A stretch of DNA of 64,000 nt from a virus, in the IMG/VR virus record IMGVR_UViG_3300028563_000016, positions 11,724 through 75,723 of that record. One strand, given 5' to 3'. Position numbers and translations under genes: made by a program. The notes beneath the pieces were generated by a model. The model worked only from the letters and a program-made list of their open reading frames with translations. It had not been told where the DNA came from and searched no databases. Positions 37,852 to 47,804 of this stretch are shown here, piece by piece. Position 1 is the stretch's first letter. Each line of letters opens with the position of its first letter.

Positions 37852-40800
37852 CGTTGCAACAAACATTATCAAGCGGTAATTCTGCATTGACATTAGGAAA
37901 TATTCAAATACAACCCGTAAATGATGTTAGTGGAATTGTATTGTCTGCAAAAACAGTTCCGGCGTTAAATTCATTAGGTGGTGTTGCAGCACATGAAGTA
38001 CCAATTTCTCCGTCAATGCTACATTATAAGAATAATAACATTGAACTCATAAAAAATATTCAATTCAATTCAATAATTGAAGATATTTTGTCAGATGAAG
38101 TCTATGTGTTAGCTCCAATGGAAAGTAAATACAACACAATTTCTTTGGCATTTCCAACTGTAAGTACTTCAAAACAAAAGATATTTTCTGAGAAAATAAA
38201 ATCTAAATATGAAAATTTAACAAATGTTTCGCAAGAACGTCCTGAAATAATATCGATGATAGATTTTTTGCCAATATTTGAGAATGAAAAATATCAACAG
38301 CGAAGTGTTTCAGATAATGATATAACAACATTTATGACATCTGCTGGAAAATTTGTTAATACACAAATGCAGGTTAGAAATTTGTTGTATGATAACATGT
38401 CGGCGATGATTGAAAGTCTTAAAAAAATTAATTCAAATTTGTCGTCAATGTGTGATAAGACAAATTCTGATTTTTATAATCAGTTGTTAGCATTACGCAC
38501 AATATTGCAGACTTTGTACAGAATTGTGTCAAATACAAATAAAATGAAAAGAAGTTTTAGTCTTCATGATGAATCGTACATAATCGATGCGCCAAATATC
38601 ATTGATGCGTATGCTGAAAATTATTCTCAAGTCGCATCAACTGATAATCTAAAACTATTGTATGCAAATTACGAATTTACTGTAAAAAGTTTAGTTGATG
38701 TGTTTACTAAATTGGGATATGTAGAAAAAAACGTTAAAACATTTTCTTCTACAAAAATATGGTTACAATTATTATCAGAGTACAAAACGATATTATCATA
38801 CCACACACCAGGATTACTTGACTTAGATTATACAATTCAAAAAAATGATACCAATGCAACAAACATTAATAATGCAGGTAGTTTGTCGTATTTTTATGTT
38901 GTAAATGATGCAAAAACTGCAACGTTATCTACGTTTCTTGCACAAATTGTAGATACACCAACAGTTACTAATATTTCGCAAATAGAACAAAAATTTGGTA
39001 CATTATATTCAACGTCATTTAAGTCTGATGAAATTAAAATATCTGCATTGTTATTCTTTTTATCAAAAGAATATCGATATTCACTTGGTATTACAGAAAA
39101 TGCTTATGTTTTATTGAACGCGTATAATTACACTGTTATAAAATCTGATTATTCTTCTCGACAACCTGAAAATGTTAAAATGTTTGATGCAATTTTTGGA
39201 AATCAAAAAAACATAACGCAGTTATCGACTAACAAAAATAGTATTTCAACATTATCGCAATTAATTGATTCAAATCAAAAAATTCTAACATTTGAAACAG
39301 AACAAATCAATTTAGCTACAAATTCATTCTTACCCGGATCTGAATACTATTTTAGTGATAACTTGACAGATGTTACAAAAATATCAACATTTTCTGTGAC
39401 AGTTGATCAATATTTACAATCTTTTTGTAAATTATCATCAGTTCTTGATATTTTGTATTCAAACAAATCTAATACTTCTTCGTATTCTGACGCACTCAAT
39501 AATCCTACTGATATATTCAATACTTTTGTTCTGCGATTTCAAAATTATGAAATCGCAGATGATATTTTGTCACCCGTGTTTGCGTTGGCAAACTCTAGTC
39601 TTGAATTAAAGGCTGCATTATTTTTATATGTGATGTCAGTTATTGATATTCGAATGTCATATATTGAATTGTTTGAATGTATTATCAATACAATACAAAG
39701 AAATACAATTGACGTAACAAAAACGTTGAAAACAACACCTAGTAGTGATATGTTGTTGACGAACGAAATGATTGAATCGTCGTTGTTTGATGGTACGAAT
39801 ATTCTTTTATTTTTAAGAGAATTTTTTTCAGACGTTGGTGCAAAATTTAATGTGTTGAATGATTCGTATACTGCATATAGCGGTTTATCAAATTTGACGC
39901 TTTATATGGTGATGTTTGATGTATTTGTCGCATACTGTGCAAAAATGACAACGAAGAAAATTTTGGGTCAGACATACATCAATAACGCAACACAACAATC
40001 TGTTCTTACATATGTATTGGCGTCAACAGGAGCATCAAGCCAAACGCTTAATATGACGATTGTTGGAAAATTAAATCAAGAAATTGCAACTACGCAATTA
40101 TTATTTTATACCGTATATGCAATTTTAACAAATTTACAATCATCAATTAAAAGTTACATAAATAATGTAAAATTTGGTAATGCAGAAGAAACTATAAATA
40201 CAATAACGAATTTCATTGGAAGTGATAAACAAAATTTCCTAATGAGCACGCAACAAATATATTCGTTAAACAACTCGTTAATGAATGTATTTGAAAAATA
40301 CAAAGAAACATCATCGACGTTTAAATCGTTAGATGATTTTAGCGTGTCATCCACATTACGAGATATATTTTTTGGTGTATTTTCAGATCCAACGCTAACG
40401 TCGGCAAAAGGTAATAACAAAAAATTGTTGTCAGTTGGAATCCCATTAGGTTTATCAGATAGTTTAAGACGACAGACAAACATTGAAACATTGGTAACTT
40501 ATGACGATAAGCAAATTGATCTTGTGAATTTATGTGTATACAAAATTGATATCATTAATGATGACATTGTGTATAAACCACAAAAGTTCTTGTTTGATTT
40601 ATCAAGGTTTGTTCCACGTGATGATACGTTATATTTGCAAAATTCAAACAAAACGTTAGTTGATGTCGTAAAAGCGATTCCAACGCGTGACGCATCAATA
40701 GTATATGATAGCACAAATGTTCAGTATTATTCACCATCAAATACGGCGTTGACAGCAGCTTTTGATGCGACATATAGTTTTTTGAGTTATGATCAAAAAT

Positions 40801-41555
40801 ATCAAATTGCAAAAAATCATATTTTAAGCTTTTTTGTTGAAATGTACGTAAAATTTTTGACAGGTGTGTCAGTTTCAGAAGATAGTTTTGTAATGAGTGA
40901 CGTTGGAAAGCTCGTAAACACAGATCTTCTTAGACAAATGATTAATACATACGTGATGTTGGCGACTACGTCTACGTCTGAATCTGAAGAAACAAATTCG
41001 GGTGGCATATTGTTTTCAAATGCATTACAAACAAATAGTGTTCAAACACAAAATGTGTCAATTAGTTCATTAAATACACAACAAGCAATTGTTGATATAA
41101 ACTCAAATTTATCTCAAATTTCACAAAATAATTTTGATTCTGTATTACACGGCGTAAGAACAATAAATGGACTGTCGTACACATTAACGTCATTGTCTGA
41201 TAAGGACAAATGTTCTTCGAAATTGCTCGCGCCCAAAATATTTGACAGGGTTTTTAATCTAATAATAGATCCTGATGATTTTGAAATAGACGTTGAACAA
41301 ACAAACAAATCACCGACAGGCACTCAATCACTACTTCAACTAATTTCAACTGGCGACGTCGTCGCGACAATTGTCAATTCAACAACAAAAGTTCCTACGA
41401 CTTTGGCATCAAACGTCGTGAGAGAGCTCGCTGCCGGAACAGGTAAAGTTGCGTATACGTTCATAAACAAGGATAAAAATGTTGGTGATTCAACGTTTGA
41501 AAAATATTTCGTAACAATAGAAACGTTTAGTCAAAACACCACGATCAATCAATGA
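37848..41555 (+). CDS. Large putative virion protein
   Basis: 1235 aa in structural operon. Confidence 0.55.
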   Translation: MTLQQTLSSGNSALTLGNIQIQPVNDVSGIVLSAKTVPALNSLGGVAAHEVPISPSMLHYKNNNIELIKNIQFNSIIEDILSDEVYVLAPMESKYNTISLAFPTVSTSKQKIFSEKIKSKYENLTNVSQERPEIISMIDFLPIFENEKYQQRSVSDNDITTFMTSAGKFVNTQMQVRNLLYDNMSAMIESLKKINSNLSSMCDKTNSDFYNQLLALRTILQTLYRIVSNTNKMKRSFSLHDESYIIDAPNIIDAYAENYSQVASTDNLKLLYANYEFTVKSLVDVFTKLGYVEKNVKTFSSTKIWLQLLSEYKTILSYHTPGLLDLDYTIQKNDTNATNINNAGSLSYFYVVNDAKTATLSTFLAQIVDTPTVTNISQIEQKFGTLYSTSFKSDEIKISALLFFLSKEYRYSLGITENAYVLLNAYNYTVIKSDYSSRQPENVKMFDAIFGNQKNITQLSTNKNSISTLSQLIDSNQKILTFETEQINLATNSFLPGSEYYFSDNLTDVTKISTFSVTVDQYLQSFCKLSSVLDILYSNKSNTSSYSDALNNPTDIFNTFVLRFQNYEIADDILSPVFALANSSLELKAALFLYVMSVIDIRMSYIELFECIINTIQRNTIDVTKTLKTTPSSDMLLTNEMIESSLFDGTNILLFLREFFSDVGAKFNVLNDSYTAYSGLSNLTLYMVMFDVFVAYCAKMTTKKILGQTYINNATQQSVLTYVLASTGASSQTLNMTIVGKLNQEIATTQLLFYTVYAILTNLQSSIKSYINNVKFGNAEETINTITNFIGSDKQNFLMSTQQIYSLNNSLMNVFEKYKETSSTFKSLDDFSVSSTLRDIFFGVFSDPTLTSAKGNNKKLLSVGIPLGLSDSLRRQTNIETLVTYDDKQIDLVNLCVYKIDIINDDIVYKPQKFLFDLSRFVPRDDTLYLQNSNKTLVDVVKAIPTRDASIVYDSTNVQYYSPSNTALTAAFDATYSFLSYDQKYQIAKNHILSFFVEMYVKFLTGVSVSEDSFVMSDVGKLVNTDLLRQMINTYVMLATTSTSESEETNSGGILFSNALQTNSVQTQNVSISSLNTQQAIVDINSNLSQISQNNFDSVLHGVRTINGLSYTLTSLSDKDKCSSKLLAPKIFDRVFNLIIDPDDFEIDVEQTNKSPTGTQSLLQLISTGDVVATIVNSTTKVPTTLASNVVRELAAGTGKVAYTFINKDKNVGDSTFEKYFVTIETFSQNTTINQ

Positions 41556-41577
41556 TACAAACACCTAATTATTGTTG

Positions 41578-43374
41578 ATGACTATAACGTCTTTACCATC
41601 AGTTGAAATCTATAACGTGACAGTACCTGATGTCTCTGATTTAACTGCGGAATTTTTTTATAATTTCTTTTCTATTGATGAATATACTAATGACAGTGGC
41701 GTAATTGACATTGATAAATTATCTTTAAATTCTTCACAAGCTCCTGATTCAGCATTTTTACAGTACGCTGTGTCTAAAGTTCCAAGAATGATTGTTTTGA
41801 CGTGGACACCTGCAAAATATTCTGTGCCGTCAGAAAAAAGTAAATTCCAGGATGGTGCTCTAATAAAGAAGAATTATACTAACATTATAACAGAAGATAG
41901 TTTATCAAAATTGAAATTTTTGTCGATTTCGTATTTTGACGATGAAGTACAGGATAAAAGATTTACGCTCGTGTCAGGTTCGTATTCATCACGAACGTTT
42001 TCAAATTCTACGCCAACGAACGTTTCACCTGAGAAAATTGCAGCAGGCGCAAACACGATTACGCCATCGACAGTTACGCAAGATTTTTTGTTATCGTCAA
42101 TGACGAATCTCGCAAAGTCTGCCGGCGCGTATTTTGCAAAATCAAAATTAGACAAAAAACAGCCAATTGTCAACGTTTCGACAAGGGGTAAATTTGTAAA
42201 ACAACAACTTGAACGTCAAATGTTTGATCCAGTATCGCCATATAGCATTGATTTAGTTGATGTGTACAAATTTACGCAAGAATTGGATTTTTCTAAATTT
42301 TCTGACGTAACAGATGATGATTACAAGACGTATGTACCGTATTTTGACATCACGTTAGTAGATTCAAGTATGACTCATAACACTCAGCCTGAAATAGTAG
42401 GTTATGTGGTTGATAAATTTGAGATTACTCAAGACGGTGCAATAATCAAACATCCGCAAATAATTTTAGAGGATGCATCACTCAGCAAATATGTTGATTT
42501 TAAAGTGAAATATGGTTCAACGTATTCTTATTCAATAAGAGCGATTACAATATACACGTTGACAGCAATTGATGCTAACACAAATGATGTAGCTTTGCTT
42601 AGAACTTTAGTTGCAGGTAAATTATCAAGTAAAGTGTATGCTCAAGCGATTGACACACAAGCACCCCCACCCCCGGCTGACGTAGATTTTAGGTGGGATT
42701 ATGACAATGATAGACTAGTAATAAATTGGACGTTTCCCGTTAATTCTCAACGTGACATTAAAAAGTTTCAAGTGTTTAGGCGACAGTCATTAAATGATTC
42801 GTTTGAGCTAGTGAAAATGTATGATTTTAATGATTCAAACACAATTGTAGACGACTTAGAGAATAATGTCGACAAATCATTAGTACAAAAGCTAACGTCA
42901 CCGTACAATATTTACTTTGATGAAGATTTTGACAAAACAAAACACCATAATGAGCGTAGTTCATTAATTTACGCACTTGCGTCTGTTGACGCGCATGGGT
43001 ATACGTCAAACTATTCAATGCAATTCGCTGTGTGGTTTGATGTATTTAAAAATAAGGTACAAAAAAAATTAGTAAGTCATTCGGGTGCACCAAAACCATA
43101 TCCAAACATGTACATAGAAGTCGATGCGTTTGTTGATACAATTCGTGTCCACGGGTCAAAGACAACGCATATGAAATTATATTTTAACCCTCAATACTAT
43201 TACATAATTGATAAAAATGGTGCAAAAGATCACGTTATTTCTACGTTACAAGAGCACGGTTCATATAAGCTCAACATAATCAATCTTGACAATCAAAAGA
43301 GTGACGTGATGACAATAAACGTTGATGACAAACACTCGACATTGCTTTTAAGAAACTTAATGCCTGTTAGATGA
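41578..43374 (+). CDS. Putative virion protein with FN3-like domains
   Basis: VKYGSTYSYSIRA, APPPPADVDFRW, FQVFRR, SVDAHGYTSNYS. Confidence 0.6.
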   Translation: MTITSLPSVEIYNVTVPDVSDLTAEFFYNFFSIDEYTNDSGVIDIDKLSLNSSQAPDSAFLQYAVSKVPRMIVLTWTPAKYSVPSEKSKFQDGALIKKNYTNIITEDSLSKLKFLSISYFDDEVQDKRFTLVSGSYSSRTFSNSTPTNVSPEKIAAGANTITPSTVTQDFLLSSMTNLAKSAGAYFAKSKLDKKQPIVNVSTRGKFVKQQLERQMFDPVSPYSIDLVDVYKFTQELDFSKFSDVTDDDYKTYVPYFDITLVDSSMTHNTQPEIVGYVVDKFEITQDGAIIKHPQIILEDASLSKYVDFKVKYGSTYSYSIRAITIYTLTAIDANTNDVALLRTLVAGKLSSKVYAQAIDTQAPPPPADVDFRWDYDNDRLVINWTFPVNSQRDIKKFQVFRRQSLNDSFELVKMYDFNDSNTIVDDLENNVDKSLVQKLTSPYNIYFDEDFDKTKHHNERSSLIYALASVDAHGYTSNYSMQFAVWFDVFKNKVQKKLVSHSGAPKPYPNMYIEVDAFVDTIRVHGSKTTHMKLYFNPQYYYIIDKNGAKDHVISTLQEHGSYKLNIINLDNQKSDVMTINVDDKHSTLLLRNLMPVR

Positions 43375-43408
43375 TACATGTAAGTAAATAATGAATATAC
43401 TAAATTAA

Positions 43409-44287
43409 TTGATGATTATATACTGTCTTACAAACGTTATTAATGGTAAAAAATATGTTGGAATGACAACAATGACGCTTGAACGTCGTGTTGCAGGACA
43501 TTTTGGAAGCGCAAGTAAAGATAGTCGCATGTACGTTTTACGTGCAATTGCAAAATATGGAAAAGATGCATTTAAATCAAGTGTATTACAGGAGTGTGAG
43601 ACATTCGAAGAGTTGATTACAGCGGAAAAATTCTGGATTGCGAAGTTAAACACAATGGATCATGCAATTGGGTATAACTTAACGTTAGGTGGTGAAGGAA
43701 CACCTGGTCATGTGGTGAGTGAAAAGACACGTGATATAATGCGTGAATTACATAAACGTGAAAATTTAAGTTTTAAGACAATTACATTATTGGCACAGGC
43801 TGCAAAAATACGTTATTTTCAAGGCCATGGTGCATTGATGCGATCAAAAAGAAAACGAGGAAAAGATCATTTTTTCTTCGGAAAAGCGTTTGGACGAACC
43901 GGTCCATTGAGTGAAGAAACAAAAAAGAAAATTTCACTTGCACGTTCTGGAATGTTATTATCTAACGAACATAAAGAAAACATCGGAATTGGAGTTAGAA
44001 AATATTATACAAACCACGTTGGACCAAATCTTGGAAAAACATGGTCAGAACAACAATATTTAAATGATTGGCATAATCGATTGTTACGAAAGAAACCCGT
44101 GTTTGGATTTGATGTTGAGGGCGAATGTTGTGTTATGTATTTTTCAGTCGATGATGCCGTAATAGGAACAAATTTGTCATATAGAAAAATATCATTTGTT
44201 AAAAAGAAACCAAAATTTTTCGACGGAATTACTTATTTTAGAAGTGAAAAAACGTTCGCTGAACTAAAATTTGTGAACAGGAATTAA
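43409..44287 (+). CDS. GIY-YIG homing endonuclease with NUMOD3-like repeats
   Basis: IIYCLTNVINGKKYVG, R...H, EKFWI, GYNLTLGGEG, SEETKKKIS. Confidence 0.9.
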   Translation: MMIIYCLTNVINGKKYVGMTTMTLERRVAGHFGSASKDSRMYVLRAIAKYGKDAFKSSVLQECETFEELITAEKFWIAKLNTMDHAIGYNLTLGGEGTPGHVVSEKTRDIMRELHKRENLSFKTITLLAQAAKIRYFQGHGALMRSKRKRGKDHFFFGKAFGRTGPLSEETKKKISLARSGMLLSNEHKENIGIGVRKYYTNHVGPNLGKTWSEQQYLNDWHNRLLRKKPVFGFDVEGECCVMYFSVDDAVIGTNLSYRKISFVKKKPKFFDGITYFRSEKTFAELKFVNRN

Positions 44288-44290
44288 AAC

Positions 44291-45007
44291 ATGGGATTAT
44301 TAAATAATAATACATCAAATCTGCTTCTTGATGCAGTTTTAACTGATCTTGGACGTCAATTCCTTGCTCGCAATGATGGTTCATTTTCAATTGTCAAATT
44401 TGCGCTCGGTGATGATGAAATTGATTATAATATCATTCAAAAATACGGCCGCTCTGTAGGAATAGAAAAAATAACAAAAAACACTCCCGTGTTCGAAGCA
44501 TTAACAAATCCCGCCCATGCACTAAAATATAAGCTTGTTAGCATATCAAACCCAAACTTATTACGCTTGCCAACTCTCACATTGTCTGGAGACTCAAACG
44601 TCGATGGTACTGCGGGAACTGTTACGTTGGGTAGGAATTCACAAAAGTCAGCGACAGTCATCTTACAACAGACAATACAGAACGAGACGACAATAGACGT
44701 CGAACTTCGCGACCAGACGTTCATTGTAGACTTACCTAACTTGTTCTTGCAATTGATTAGTGCAACGCCGGAGAACATTGATGGTCAGCAACGTGCTCAG
44801 TACCTATTGTCAAGGACGCCCACAGAGAACGCATTTGGTGGATCAAGTTGTCAGTTCACGTTGAACACAAAGTCACTAAACGATGCGCTCTTTGCGGTGT
44901 ACGGTAGCACAACAAATAAACAGATCATAAAGTCATATGTTCGTGTAACAGGATTGCAATCAGGTGCAGTCAAAGACATCGCGGTGTATATTAACAAAGC
45001 ATTGTAA
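44291..45007 (+). CDS. Putative baseplate/tail-collar-like protein
   Basis: DAVLTDLGRQFLA...FSIVKFALGDDEIDY. Confidence 0.6.
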   Translation: MGLLNNNTSNLLLDAVLTDLGRQFLARNDGSFSIVKFALGDDEIDYNIIQKYGRSVGIEKITKNTPVFEALTNPAHALKYKLVSISNPNLLRLPTLTLSGDSNVDGTAGTVTLGRNSQKSATVILQQTIQNETTIDVELRDQTFIVDLPNLFLQLISATPENIDGQQRAQYLLSRTPTENAFGGSSCQFTLNTKSLNDALFAVYGSTTNKQIIKSYVRVTGLQSGAVKDIAVYINKAL

Positions 45008-45047
45008 CTTATCTTCTAAATCATCGCTTCAACCATGTGTTGTTGTT

Positions 45048-45075
45048 CCAATGGGCTCAGGCTCATTGGGTTTTT
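45048..45075 (+). terminator. Rho-independent terminator
   Basis: CCAATGGGC-TCAG-GCTCATTGG then GTTTTT. Confidence 0.65.
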
Positions 45076-45115
45076 AAATGACGAGAATTGTGAGGTGAAT
45101 TAAAATTTAGTAGAG

Positions 45116-46021
45116 ATGTATTTGCGAAACACGACTGAAATTTGTATTAATAAACGATGGGGACATGAATACGTTCGTAAATTGTGTGTTTTTGAGTGTG
45201 ATGAGTGTCGTATTGAATTCACGTGTGGATATTCGAAATGTCATGAAGAATGCGGTGCGTTGAAATTTTGTTGTAAAGAGTGCGCGGATAAATCTCGATC
45301 AAGTGGAAAATTTTTACAAAAAGTAAAACAAGTAAATTTAGAACGTCATGGTGTTGAATTTGGTGGACAAGTTCTTGGTGCATCTGAAAAAATGATTGCT
45401 ACACGAATTGAACGTTTTGGTACGTCTACACCAATACATTTTAACGAAGAAATATCTGTAAAGTTTCGTAAAACAATGTTGGAAAATCATGGTGCAGAAC
45501 ATCCTTCGAGAGCAGAAGACGTTAAAGAGAAAAAGAAACAAACATATCTTGAAAGATATGGAATTCCAAGCACGTTTGTAGGTGATTCACCATTTAGATC
45601 TTCAAACGAAGATTATAGTATTTTTGGTGCAAAAGGTTATCGTTCACTTGAGCAAATTTCACAAGGAAATAGTTTATCAAAACCAGAAAAATTATTATTA
45701 GGCTTTCTTGAAGAGAATTATGGACAAGTTAAAAAACAAATAGAAATTTTCCACGATAATTCAAAAAAGCCGTGGTTAATAGATGCGTACGTAACAAGTA
45801 TTGATACGTACGTTGAACTTGATGGTGTATTTTGGCATGGGTTAAACAAAACATATGACGAATTACATCCTGATAAACGGTTGCAATATGATTGCGATAG
45901 AAAAAAAGACGAATGGTTTAAAAACGCGGGTTTAAGACTAATTAGATTTACGGATTTACAAATAAATGAGTGTTCAAAAACAGGAAATTGGGCTTGCATA
46001 ACTGCAACGCTCGGAGGATAA
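45116..46021 (+). CDS. Vsr/DUF559-like homing endonuclease
   Basis: CDEC/FCCKEC; ERHG/ERFG/ERYG repeats; SKPE, IDAY, ELDGVFWHG, LRLIRFTD. Confidence 0.78.
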   Translation: MYLRNTTEICINKRWGHEYVRKLCVFECDECRIEFTCGYSKCHEECGALKFCCKECADKSRSSGKFLQKVKQVNLERHGVEFGGQVLGASEKMIATRIERFGTSTPIHFNEEISVKFRKTMLENHGAEHPSRAEDVKEKKKQTYLERYGIPSTFVGDSPFRSSNEDYSIFGAKGYRSLEQISQGNSLSKPEKLLLGFLEENYGQVKKQIEIFHDNSKKPWLIDAYVTSIDTYVELDGVFWHGLNKTYDELHPDKRLQYDCDRKKDEWFKNAGLRLIRFTDLQINECSKTGNWACITATLGG

Positions 46022-46025
46022 ACCA

Positions 46026-47216
46026 ACGGCAATTTTTAAAGAATTAACCAGTTCAGATATTAAATCTTCTCGATCATATTTGTCGCAACTCGTTGATGTG
46101 TTACAAGAAGATGTAAGTGGATCTGTTTCTAGAAGAAAGTATCAATCTTTCATTACGGGAACAACTACTTCGATTGGCGTCACGTCCAGTCTTTTTCAAA
46201 CAGTTTATGATAGTGATTTTACGTTACAGACGTCTAATGCGATAATGGATATCGCGTTTGGGCTATTACCTAGCGGTTCGACTGTTTTGACAAGTCAACA
46301 AGCAATAGACGTTGCTGGCAAAGAACTATTTCCATCATCATCGTTGATGATGCGCGAAAAAATGGACGTGTATAGACAATTCGCACAGTCGTTATTGGGT
46401 GATGCAACGCAGGCATTCAGTTCACCCTTTGATAGTACTTCTGCGGGAGACAAAATAGACTGCGCTGTATTTATCGCGTTTAAACGCCTGTTTGCAAGAG
46501 ATAAAATTTCACGTGAAACGCTTGCAATGAGATTTTATCAGACAGCGTCAATTAGCATACCAAATTTACAGACAAATTCATTGTCTGGTTCTGCAATATA
46601 CACTGACATGGGTGCCGCAACGAACAAGTTGACAGCGTTCGGCGGTGAGGTTGGAAACGTAATCGACTCTGCGAACACGTCAAAAGGTGTCGGCCTCATG
46701 TTTTATGATAGAGGCATTCTTGTGCTTGATCTTGCAAAGATAACAAAAGCAGACCAGTATGTTAATGGAACGATAGACGCAGTAACGCCAACAGGACAAA
46801 TGACACTTGGAGGTGTAGGCACTGAAACCGCAGGAATATCAAAATTCATACCCGACTTTGTAGTGTCTGCTAGCATTGATAATATCATTGATCACATTGC
46901 AGGTTGTAGGATGGGAAGTGGTAGTAACACTGAGATAACGTTCCAAAATGTGACAAACATAAACTCATCATTAATATTTTGCAGAGCTGCTGCTGATGAG
47001 TTTAATTACAGTTCGAATCCGACGTTTACTGATGACGCGTCGAGGATTGTTGTAATAACACCAGGACAGGAAGATGTGCAAAGTTCTTTTACTTTCATAA
47101 CTTCGATTGGAATGTATGACTCGAATGACAATTTGTTGGCGGTTGGCAAGGTTTCTCGTCCAATAGAAAAAAATAATCAAAGTGATTTAACGTTACGAAC
47201 TCGACTTGATTATTAA
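46026..47216 (+). CDS. Putative baseplate/tail protein; probable ACG start
   Basis: GGAGG 46013-46017, then ACG 46026 in frame with ORF 46080; C-terminal FNYSSNPTF...ITSIGMYD..LLAVGKVSRPIEK..RLDY. Confidence 0.65.
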   Translation, partial: TAIFKELTSSDIKSSRSYLSQLVDVLQEDVSGSVSRRKYQSFITGTTTSIGVTSSLFQTVYDSDFTLQTSNAIMDIAFGLLPSGSTVLTSQQAIDVAGKELFPSSSLMMREKMDVYRQFAQSLLGDATQAFSSPFDSTSAGDKIDCAVFIAFKRLFARDKISRETLAMRFYQTASISIPNLQTNSLSGSAIYTDMGAATNKLTAFGGEVGNVIDSANTSKGVGLMFYDRGILVLDLAKITKADQYVNGTIDAVTPTGQMTLGGVGTETAGISKFIPDFVVSASIDNIIDHIAGCRMGSGSNTEITFQNVTNINSSLIFCRAAADEFNYSSNPTFTDDASRIVVITPGQEDVQSSFTFITSIGMYDSNDNLLAVGKVSRPIEKNNQSDLTLRTRLDY

Positions 47217-47260
47217 TTTCAAAAATGTACACAACGTATTTTTTGATGTAATAAAATGTT

Positions 47261-47728
47261 ATGCGATCTTGTTACGTCAAAATATCATTACAAAGAGCGC
47301 GTGATTTATTGTTATTTCTTCTTGCTTTTTCGTGTGCATCTTCACATCATATTTCGCGCACCGTGACACATGAACAACGTGAGCAAACGTACTCATGTGT
47401 CACGTATAATCGTGAAACAATGATTCCAGGGTTTCAAACGTTGGGTTGTTCTCGTATTGAACAATCTAAGGGTTCATTCACGTTACATCGAGGTGACACT
47501 GGCTCGGGACTGTATGATACACCATGGTGGTGCACAAAATGGTTAGTCAAAGCTGCAATGAACTCGAGAGGGTTTTGCGACGTTAAGTTGTCTGACGACA
47601 ATGTGTTACATGCGTCGTACTGTGGTGACACACAGACTTTTTTGGCACCCACGCGCTTGAAGTGGGTTGTCGTAAAAAGTGAACACAACGTTGACAGAAA
47701 TAAATTTTATGAAAATAACGCGAATTGA
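47261..47728 (+). CDS. Hypothetical protein with lipobox-like N-terminus
   Basis: LLLFLLAFSC. Confidence 0.5.
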   Translation: MRSCYVKISLQRARDLLLFLLAFSCASSHHISRTVTHEQREQTYSCVTYNRETMIPGFQTLGCSRIEQSKGSFTLHRGDTGSGLYDTPWWCTKWLVKAAMNSRGFCDVKLSDDNVLHASYCGDTQTFLAPTRLKWVVVKSEHNVDRNKFYENNAN

Positions 47729-47804
47729 AAATACGTTCAATATAAAGTTCAACGTCGAAGTGATGTGAGACACAATTTTCCGTCGCGACTTACTTATATC
47801 ATCA

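Noticed and set aside
45008-46025. Group I intron housing the endonuclease
   Set aside because: Flanking genes look complete and non-coding flanks are too short for a ribozyme core; same for the other endonucleases.
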